From contig CAZPWM010000020.1 of assembly GCA_964590575.1 (NCBI GenBank), forward strand, positions 1-17,966: a stretch of DNA of 17,966 bases, written 5' to 3'. The notes under the pieces were generated by a model. It worked only from the letters and a program-made list of their open reading frames with translations, made no database searches and was not told the origin of the DNA. Origin of the DNA: an uncultured archaeon. Lineage in GTDB: Archaea; Asgardarchaeota; Thorarchaeia; Thorarchaeales; Thorarchaeaceae. The translations under genes were made by a program, and so were the position numbers. Positions 7,727 through 15,900 of the stretch are shown piece after piece; the stretch's first letter is position 1; the number at the start of each line of letters is the position of its first letter.

Positions 7727-8803
7727 CTATGCGCCTCCAAAGAACCTTGGCATCATCTTCTTCACTTGTTCTGCACGCTTGTCCTGTGTTTGCTCCATGT
7801 ATTCTAGTATAGAGGTTTCTACATCAAGTGGTTCAGACAGTTTAACCGGTCTTGCCCCAACAGAAGACCAGTTTGGTTCGATGTGGAGAAAGAGCGGGTC
7901 AAGCTTCTTCTCTCCGTACTCTAGCAGACTAACTCTTTCAATCCCTCTTTCGGTCTCGCTATCAATCAGGCCATTTACCTCTAAAATGATGATTGGTTTC
8001 TCTTTCTTTGGAGAGAGCTTTCCAAGCGAACTTTTGAGCATAGTGTTCACTTCATCTGCTCCCATTCCTGTGATATCTAACCCGGTGACGAATTTGAACT
8101 CCCTTACGTCATTGAGGGTCTGAAGTGTGTACTCATTCTTTCCAGAGCTGTCTATGTCCACCACAATGAGCTTCTTTTTCCCGCCCATCTCCCGATTCCA
8201 ATTCACAAAACATGTTGATCCAGGTCTCCCGATGTCATACTCCTTATCAAGCCAGAAATTATGTTTGTGGCCGCAGCCATAGTAGTTGAAGTAGATTGGT
8301 AGGTTTTCTGTTTGTGTCTGAATATCATGCGCGAAGAAGAGGGCAATCTTCTCTGTAGGATTAGCAGTATTCATGAAATGTTCGAGCTGGTGATTAGAAG
8401 TCCATGACACAAGATGAATCTCCACCTTCTTACCATCGAAGGTTTCTGTGTAAGTCCTGTACGGTTCTGACCCAGTAGAAACAATGAGCTCCATAGTCTC
8501 GAGACCTCTGAGCGGACTGTAAGCGTATCTGTATCCATAGGGAAGATCGTGATTGCCATCAAGAACAATGAGGTGCACCTTATCCTTCAGACTCTTGAAC
8601 AGTTCAATCGCGAATATCATATCTTCATTCTGTGGCAAGGGTGAGTGAAAGAGATCTCCGGAATGCAGTAAAATATCTGGGCTGTGTTTCATAGCCATAT
8701 CGACAGCTTTCTTCAGACACTGACGGGCATCCTCTCTCCTCTCTGACAACTGGAAGAGTGAACTTCCCAAGTGACTATCAGAGATATGAGCGATACGGAC
8801 CAT
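7727..8803 (-). CDS. mre11: Mre11/SbcD-family DNA repair metallophosphoesterase nuclease
   Basis: All five phosphoesterase motifs (DSHLG, GDLFH, GNHD, FAH, GHKH), plus PGS, a capping domain (IIILEVNG) and a C-terminal helical Rad50-binding-type segment. GGTGA RBS upstream. Confidence 0.92.
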   Translation of the reverse strand: MVRIAHISDSHLGSSLFQLSERREDARQCLKKAVDMAMKHSPDILLHSGDLFHSPLPQNEDMIFAIELFKSLKDKVHLIVLDGNHDLPYGYRYAYSPLRGLETMELIVSTGSEPYRTYTETFDGKKVEIHLVSWTSNHQLEHFMNTANPTEKIALFFAHDIQTQTENLPIYFNYYGCGHKHNFWLDKEYDIGRPGSTCFVNWNREMGGKKKLIVVDIDSSGKNEYTLQTLNDVREFKFVTGLDITGMGADEVNTMLKSSLGKLSPKKEKPIIILEVNGLIDSETERGIERVSLLEYGEKKLDPLFLHIEPNWSSVGARPVKLSEPLDVETSILEYMEQTQDKRAEQVKKMMPRFFGGA

Positions 8804-8888
8804 TCATACTCACCACCCTATCACTTGCAAATTGTGAAGGGCGGTATTTGAATCATCTCGTCAGATGGAGTCTTATTGGATGTTTATA

Positions 8889-8990
8889 TCAGACGAATGA
8901 GAATACTACTGCTACGATGATGAAAATGAAGAGGATCATGAACATCAGATAGAATATGGCTGCATCGGGTGTTATCCCCGGTGTTTGCAT
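8889..8990 (-). CDS. Putative 33-aa single-pass membrane microprotein (not in the ORF track)
   Basis: Translates as MQTPGITPDAAIFYLMFMILFIFIIVAVVFSFV*, with a 24-residue uncharged hydrophobic run. Co-oriented with mre11 and 85 nt upstream of it. Confidence 0.5.
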   Translation of the reverse strand: MQTPGITPDAAIFYLMFMILFIFIIVAVVFSFV

Positions 8991-9184
8991 CCCTATACAT
9001 CAATCGCTGTCATCTTTCTGATCTCTTTGTCATTGACGCAGAGCTGTTCCCCCTCAAACTCCCTGAAACAAGGCACTGCTTGACTAAAAACTCCGTCCCC
9101 TCCTTCATGATATTCACCCCTTAATATAGAAGACATAATCTTATTCCGACTGGGAGAGATAAGGACCACTAAGAGTCTAGAGTC

Positions 9185-10108
9185 TTATTGACCTCTTCTT
9201 TTCCTATCAGCAAAATCCCTCATGAACCTCACTTGTCCCACTTTCTCAGGATATAATTCGAGGTATTGTTCGTAAGCTTCTTCTGCCTCATCTCTGCGGT
9301 CCATTCGATCAAGTAGCGAAGCTAGAGCTAACCAAGTTTCGCTGCTGGGGTCACACTGTAGCGCCTTCCGAAACGCCTTCTCCGCATCTTCTAGACGTTC
9401 AGTTATTTGGTAATAGTTCCCCAGATTACTCCATGCTTCCATAGATGCCGGATCTATCTGCAAAGCCTTCTCGTATTTTTCCTTTGCCTCTTCCAATCTC
9501 TTTGAGAAAAACAGCAATGCTCCATAGTCTAACCATACTCGTGGGACATTATCGTCAATCTTCACAGCCTTCTTGACAGCTGATTCTGCTTCAGTTTTAT
9601 ACCCTAGATAGTAGAGTGGCATAGTTAGTGCCGACCAATTTTCTGCGAGATGCGGGGCGAACCTGATGGCTTGCAGGAATATATTGATTGCAGATTCGAA
9701 CCTATCATTTCTCGCCTCTTCCAGACCAAGCTTGTAGAAGCCCCTTGAGTCCTCAATTACTTGTGATTGATCACCTTTCTTTATCTCTGGTTTGACCTTC
9801 TCTAGTACAGTCCGAACTTCAGCAATTAACTGACTCCCTCTCAATACAGGTAATATGAGTTCTCTCTCTACCTCTGAATCCCCTTTTGCAGACTCGCTCT
9901 TTTTCTTTCGAGGTTGTTTCTTCTTCATTTGAGGCGGAGCCTCAATCCCCATCTTATCGAGATACTCTTTTGCGACTTTGTTATCGGGGTCTCGTTCAAG
10001 TGCTTTCAGGAAACATCTCTTGGCCTGTTCATAATTGAACTTTTGATACTGATTCATCCCCATACGAACCAGGTTATCGGCCTCGAATTGTTTCCTTTTC
10101 TCATCCAC
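9185..10108 (-). CDS. Tetratricopeptide repeat protein
   Basis: One N-terminal TPR (MGMNQYQKFNYEQAKRCFLKALERDPDN), a Lys-rich linker, then about 5 TPRs (e.g. WSNLGNYYQITERLEDAEKAFRKALQCDP). GTG start with GGAGG RBS. Confidence 0.9.
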   Translation of the reverse strand: MDEKRKQFEADNLVRMGMNQYQKFNYEQAKRCFLKALERDPDNKVAKEYLDKMGIEAPPQMKKKQPRKKKSESAKGDSEVERELILPVLRGSQLIAEVRTVLEKVKPEIKKGDQSQVIEDSRGFYKLGLEEARNDRFESAINIFLQAIRFAPHLAENWSALTMPLYYLGYKTEAESAVKKAVKIDDNVPRVWLDYGALLFFSKRLEEAKEKYEKALQIDPASMEAWSNLGNYYQITERLEDAEKAFRKALQCDPSSETWLALASLLDRMDRRDEAEEAYEQYLELYPEKVGQVRFMRDFADRKRRGQ

Positions 10109-10136
10109 TTATTCTTCCCTCCATTACTAGAGTTAG

Positions 10137-10147
10137 AATATATATTG
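10137..10147 (-). promoter_or_regulatory. TATA box for the TPR gene
   Basis: Minus strand reads caatatatatt, about 30 nt upstream of GTG 10108. Confidence 0.45.
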
Positions 10148-10150
10148 TAA

Positions 10151-10339
10151 CTGCCCAATCATGAAAAGGAGAACGGTCATTTCAATCTGTCGGATATTGG
10201 ATCATGAGTTTATTTTATGAAAGGTAATTATCTCAAGACTCGTGAATCATTTAGAGCTGCCCTTGAGATTGAACCATTCAGACCACTGGTACTCATTGGA
10301 CTAGGGATGTCATATCTGAAACTGGGCGAATCGGCATGA
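10151..10339 (+). pseudogene. Degenerate TPR-gene remnant
   Basis: One frame reads LPNHEKENGHFNLSDIGS*VYFMKGNYLKTRESFRAALEIEPFRPLVLIGLGMSYLKLGESA*. This fits the TPR consensus (YxxxGxYxxxxxxFxxALxxxP..LGxxYxxLG) but is interrupted by TGA at 10205 and 10337. Confidence 0.6.
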
Positions 10340-10613
10340 GGATGAAAAGTTTGGACTTCAGATGATCCAAAGCGGCCAAGTTGAAAAGAAAGAAGTTTTC
10401 AATGACATAGATTCAACGTTACCGGTTCACAATTCTATCTGACGTCGAAGATGCCATATCACACGTACCCGGGTTCCATTGGATGGGGTAATTCCATTCT
10501 CTTTATGAAAAATCTGTTACATTATAATGCATTTTCCAGCCATTTGGAGACTTCTTTCTATCTAATCATCATAGTTTCTATGCTATATTAGCTTATTTTG
10601 TTATCTTGCGTAC

Positions 10614-10645
10614 AATATAAACCCGTCAGACAAAGTCAAGACTTT
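10614..10645 (+). promoter_or_regulatory. Candidate TATA box with adjacent dyad operator
   Basis: aatataaa at about 10614-10621, followed by the perfect dyad AAAGTC-AA-GACTTT (10632-10645) at the expected transcription start. Confidence 0.3.
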
Positions 10646-10892
10646 TCCAAAGAATCATGATAGAGCGTCGATTTTTCTCACTATATTAAGCAAAGAAAAT
10701 TCCAACCTTCTGTTGAACTCCGATACTGGATTAGTGCTTAAGGTAATGAATCATGTACAAACACAACACTAACCGGTTTAATGAAACACAGAAAGTGACT
10801 GAGTCCCCCTTTGATTACATTGTTTTGAAGTGTGGTCCAGATACAGGTCAAGGTATTGAGCCATGGTGAGTGCCTGAAAGAGTAGTATGTAA

Positions 10893-10936
10893 GTCGATAC
10901 AGGCACTATTGCTCGTATCGACATTCAATTTTTTTT
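10893..10936 (+). terminator. Hairpin plus T8 tract (intrinsic terminator or attenuator candidate)
   Basis: GTCGATAC(10893-10900)/GTATCGAC(10915-10922) perfect 8-bp stem with an inner GGCA-ctat-TGCT extension, followed by T8 at 10929-10936. Confidence 0.5.
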
Positions 10937-11024
10937 GGTCGTTCGAATGCTTGTGAGTAATTTCCTAAGAAACAGTCGATAAATAACTATCATTTATCAG
11001 CAAGAATTAGATGTAAAGGTACGA

Positions 11025-12989
11025 ATGAATCCGATCCAGAATAAAATCCCTGTTGTATACTTCACAAATGGAGAACCAGAACACGGTATACTAGTATATA
11101 GTGAAAATGGGCCCAGTATACTGGATGCGATGGGATGCACAATTAATGAGTCTAACAGTGTTCTTTTCAAACTTAGGACTAACTTGAATGATTCATTGCC
11201 ACTAAAACCAGATGAGTTAGTCACTCTTCAACCTGTTTTTCAAATTAGAATGGGATACTCCCAAACCAGTATTGGTGCAGATAACATGTATCCTCCAAGC
11301 ACAAATAACTGGATTTCCCATGTTGTTGATGGTGGAGCTGAGAGTTATTATTTTGTTCAGAATATTCAAGGAACGAATAGGAAACTTTTGTCTATAATAA
11401 ATAACGATGACTCGATCCAAATCATTGCTCATAGAGTATATCCCTATGAAATAGCTTTGATAAAAATGAAGAGAGATTTAACTGCTCGTAAAGAAATGGA
11501 AGAAATAAATGCAGAACCATATGACATCTATTCAGTATTAGATAAGAACAAACCAAAATGGGATTTAATCGGAAAACTGGCTGAAGGCTTAACAATATCC
11601 AATTTATCACTTAAATCAACAATGATTGAAACACTTGAACAACTTGTTCCAGTATCTTTTCCCCTTGATACAAGAAAGCAAATCATGGCATTTCTGGCAT
11701 GGTTGGACAAAGCTGAAGTCCCAAATGTGGATCCGGTTGAATTTCGAGATAGATATGCAAAAGCCGCTGTTCTTCGTTCATTGGTTTCGGGTCATTTGAG
11801 GTGTTTGCTTGATGAAGTAGAAGCTCCTCCATATGTTCGAATCATGATGCTTGCTGATGCTGGTCAATTGAGCCTCACTGAGCGGCCAACACCAATCGAA
11901 ATTGAAAGAAATCCCTGGTTTATTGCACAATATCGGCTCTATGAATTGTTCCCAGACTGGATGGATAGAGTTTTAGATGTTGTGGAGTCTTTGAACAGAA
12001 CTGGCCAAATTATCACTAGCCTTCCTGTATCAAAGGAAGATGCAATGAAATCGAGGGAAGCATGGAGTAGTCGTTTTGCTTTAGCCTCTCAGGCGTTACT
12101 TATGAGAGGTCATGTGCAAAAGAATGCTATTGGTCTGAGGACTCTTATCTACGTTGGAGCAGCTCACAAATGGCCTCATAGGCACCTTGAATTCTCTGCT
12201 CGATTAGGATTTCAGCTGGACAAATCTTTGCAGATTCAAGTGTTGGTCCTTCCTCCCTCTGCTATCGAAAGAGTTACACGTTTGCTCCCGAATATTCATG
12301 TCATAAATTGGGAAATGAATTCGTCCAATCTGTCCCTTTATGATCGAAAGTTACGAAAATGGAAAATCAATAGTTCTACAATATTCAAATCCCTAGCACG
12401 CAGTCGTAGTTTGAAACAGCTCGAAAATGAATTTGGTACATATACAGGGAAGAAACCATTGATTCCTACTAAAGAACAAGCTATTGTACTTGATTTGATA
12501 TCTTGGTTCATGTATTTACAAGATCTGGAAAATGGACGAATATCTGAATACAATAATATCGCGACAGAAACGATAAAAGAAATTCTTAATGATCTTCGAA
12601 GAAAAGAAGTTATCCGATTCTCATATCTAATGGATATGCAAAAACTGACATCAATCTGCATTTCAGCATCAGGACCCGCAAACCATGTTTGTTCCTTGAC
12701 CCGATCGTTCTTGAAACACGCTCCAACAGCTGATACTAGAATTTCAGATAATGGTTCGTCCTCACTCATTATAGCTAGAGTTCCTGAAGATGAAGCATTT
12801 AGACTTCTAACCAATCTTCCATCAGTAGCGTTAGAAAATAAAATAGATCTGAAAGCGTATCCTATTTCAGCATATATTGGCTATAGAAATAATCTGTATC
12901 AAAGACTTCTTAGAGAGGATGGTTCTTGGGATGATGATGTGACAGGACTACTTAGCCAAGTTAGACTTCAATCTAGTGATGATGAATAG
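11025..12989 (+). CDS. 654-aa hypothetical protein with probable C-terminal winged-helix and Lrp/AsnC (RAM-like) modules
   Basis: Long ORF. TKEQAIVLDLI...RISEYNNIATETIKEILNDLRRKEVIRFSY resembles an Lrp-type wHTH and is followed by a beta-alpha-beta-beta-alpha-beta pattern (SICISASG-helix-TRIS-SLIIARVP-helix-LKAYPI). Domain call by eye. Confidence 0.6.
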   Translation: MNPIQNKIPVVYFTNGEPEHGILVYSENGPSILDAMGCTINESNSVLFKLRTNLNDSLPLKPDELVTLQPVFQIRMGYSQTSIGADNMYPPSTNNWISHVVDGGAESYYFVQNIQGTNRKLLSIINNDDSIQIIAHRVYPYEIALIKMKRDLTARKEMEEINAEPYDIYSVLDKNKPKWDLIGKLAEGLTISNLSLKSTMIETLEQLVPVSFPLDTRKQIMAFLAWLDKAEVPNVDPVEFRDRYAKAAVLRSLVSGHLRCLLDEVEAPPYVRIMMLADAGQLSLTERPTPIEIERNPWFIAQYRLYELFPDWMDRVLDVVESLNRTGQIITSLPVSKEDAMKSREAWSSRFALASQALLMRGHVQKNAIGLRTLIYVGAAHKWPHRHLEFSARLGFQLDKSLQIQVLVLPPSAIERVTRLLPNIHVINWEMNSSNLSLYDRKLRKWKINSSTIFKSLARSRSLKQLENEFGTYTGKKPLIPTKEQAIVLDLISWFMYLQDLENGRISEYNNIATETIKEILNDLRRKEVIRFSYLMDMQKLTSICISASGPANHVCSLTRSFLKHAPTADTRISDNGSSSLIIARVPEDEAFRLLTNLPSVALENKIDLKAYPISAYIGYRNNLYQRLLREDGSWDDDVTGLLSQVRLQSSDDE

Positions 12990-12992
12990 ATT

Positions 12993-15900
12993 TCATTCTC
13001 TCCACTCAGTAGGTAAGGATTCAACAACATCACGCATCTTCTTCTTCATTACAACCCCTACTACTGCTAGTATCCCGAACCCACCAACAAGAGGAGTAGT
13101 CCCTGCATCAAGTTGCAGTTGTAGAATTTCGTTTACTACAGTAACCGCCATAGGGTAGTCCTGACTATAGACAACTGGAAGCCCACTGATTATAGTGTTG
13201 AGTGTATGTGTTCCTTCCATTCGAGCATTAAACCCAATGGTCATAACCGAGTAGACCCCAATCTCGAATGTCCACTGACCCACCTCTTCTCCATTCGGAT
13301 CAGAGAGCCAAGCGTCAAGTGTCCCATTCCAGTCGGGAGTTGTACCGAGAATAGTCACTGATAGGTTCACCGAGCAGTAATATCCGATATACAAATTCGA
13401 GGTTGGTTCTATGTTCAAAACAACCACTGGAGTAATCACTAGACTTACTTCCATGGAACTTGGAGCCTGAGTCGCTGAGCCCAAGAATGATACAGTAACT
13501 GTGTGAGTTCCTGATAGGAGTCCAACTAGATTGAATGAAGCCACCCCATGACTATCAGTGGCCAAGGTTTCTTCACGCTCAACAACTCCATCTTTTGATA
13601 TAGTGAGAATAATGGTTGCCCCTGAGATCTTGCCAAGTGCTCCGTTGAGAGTTATAGAGATGGGGATTACATCACCAAAAGGCATGAGTTCAAGCATATC
13701 CACAGCAAGCGAACTAGGATATCGAACCTGTATCACTACCTCGAGAGTTGTTGTGTTTCGGAAACCATCACCCTCGAACAAGAACACAACTCGATACTCT
13801 CCCGTCAAGTTCGGGGTCCAAGAGACTTCACTTCCCTCTGCTGTGGATGTGATGGCAGTCCGGTCTGTCAGAGGACTACCATAGATTTCACGCTTTGAAG
13901 GGTTGAATATACTGACCCAAACAGTTGCATCAGTGACGGTTTCATTAAGAGAGTCCAGAAGGATGAACGAGATTGCGTGAGGCTCTGAGATGAGACCTGT
14001 TAGATCCTGTTCGGTCAGCTCAATATGTGTTTCACTCACAACAGAGAATACCAGTATTGATATGCACCCCACTCGGGTCTCAGACCACTCCACGGTTACA
14101 TTCAATGCGTAGAGCCCGACTGGTAAACCCATTGTGTTGATGGAAACTGACATCTCGCTCCAAGTCAGGTGGTCTGTGAGATTAACAGAATCTTGAGCTC
14201 CAATGAGCTCTAAAAGGACATCGAGTCCAAATAGTGGAATCGGGTCTGACAGCTCGTCGATGATGGTGATATGAATCGATGACCACACTGCACGATCAAT
14301 CTCAGCTGGAATGTCACAAGAAACCTCTGTCAATCCAAGCACCCACACCTCTAGGGCTGCGTTTGAAGCATGATAGTGTGTGGTTCCTGTGAATGAGACG
14401 ATAATCGTATAGTTGCCCATCCTGTCAACAGTAACGTTCAGAATCATAGGGTCAGTCCCAGTCTGAATGAGTGTGCCTTCAAGCACCAAGCCTAAGGTCT
14501 CATGATACGCTTCATAATGCACTGAGAATCCTTCGAGTGGCGTTCCGCCAGTGTCGACGAGAAGTATAGACAGTGAGGCTGGAGTTGTCGTTGCGATGAT
14601 ATCTCCTGTATCAATTAGAGAGAGCTCAACAACTGTCCCGTATCTAACGCTGATATCATCAGTTGTGGCAACTGGGAGATACACACCAAGACCACTGAAC
14701 GAGATGTGAAGTGTCCAGAGACCCTCGTCATCTAATGTAGAGCTCCACTGGATATGCCCAGTGGCATTCGTTATGAGACTGATTGGTCCAATGAAGTTGA
14801 TGCCTGGACCATCAACAGTGAGTGTGAGGTTTCTTCCAACAAGTAGACTACCTGCATGGTCCGTCAACTGAGAAATGACTACGAGATTATCTCCGACCTC
14901 GAGCTCATGTGTTGAAACCGTTGTAGACAACTGGGAAGCAGAGTAGATTGTATGATATGACTCTTCGATAAAGCTGTGTACCGACGTCGAACCACTGGAA
15001 GACACTTTCACGGTGTATAGACCTGCCATCGTAGGGGTGAACTGAACTACTGCTTGCCCCTCACCAACAACCACCGATATCGACATAGTGTAGGAACCAA
15101 GTTTGACCTGCTCGCCATAGGGGTTATAGAGTGAAACCGTCACGGTGAGCCCATTGATGAGGTCTCCGATTTCGTCCTCGATCCAGAGCGTGATGTTCGT
15201 GAGATTGTTGACAGCAGAAGGACTTGGTTCTAAGCTTGTTGAGATGACACAGTCGGTCATGACAATCAACTGCTTTTGGACATCTCCTCCGATCAGAAAT
15301 TGGTCCGGTGCTGGACCTGCGTTCACTCTCAGAACTCCGTGAGTTTCCACAGCTGTATAAACCACAGATGCCACGCCTGAAGAGTCTGTGACAATATCAG
15401 TACTCCACACAGGTACAAGATCCATACCTAGTACTTCGAAATGAATCGTGATGCCAACTCGAAGTCCGCTAGTCAAGTTGTAAACAAGTGTTGTCGAATC
15501 AAACAGGTCGACCTGTGCTGGGAGTAACCTGAGGTCTCCCGTTACATGCTCCAAGACGGATGCTGTGGTCGAAGTCGAGTTCGTTAAGATATACGCATCT
15601 CCCACGTGAAGAATAGTGATTGTTGCGAGACCACCTTCAGCTGGGTCCCAGTAGATACTGAGTAGACCTGTGGCTGAAGGAACCTGAAGCTCAAAGACAG
15701 TTGCACCATTCTGTTCGATTGTCACTGAGATAGTGCGCCCTGATATGTAACCACCAAGTGCATCGATATACCCTACTTGGACTTCGAAGGTCTCTCCAAC
15801 AATGCAACTAGGATTGTGATGAACCTCAATGATTGGCGTCACAAACACACGTTGCGGAACCAAGTCACTTGCAGAGGCATTGAAACCATATCCTGCGTAT

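Noticed and set aside
9010-9108. 32-aa minus-strand ORF MKEGTEFLVKQCLVSGSLRGNSSASMTKRSER with a GGTGA RBS
   Set aside because: No recognisable features, and the nearby TATA-like element (9121-9128) would place the transcription start inside the ORF.
10471-10552. ORB-like strings GTTCCATTGGATGGGG and CCATTTGGAGAC around an AT-rich stretch (possible replication origin)
   Set aside because: Spacing to the G-string does not match the ORB consensus, only one reasonable copy exists, and there is no orc1/cdc6 gene in the window.
10867-10910. TGA followed by a hairpin as a bacterial-type SECIS / selenoprotein
   Set aside because: The read-through product has no known Sec motif and stops soon after; archaeal SECIS elements normally lie in UTRs.
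10753-11024. N-terminal extension of the 654-aa gene by a -1 slip at the T8 tract
   Set aside because: It would require TGA read-through, a frameshift and read-through of TAA 10980. A decayed 5' end cannot be excluded, but programmed recoding is unsupported.
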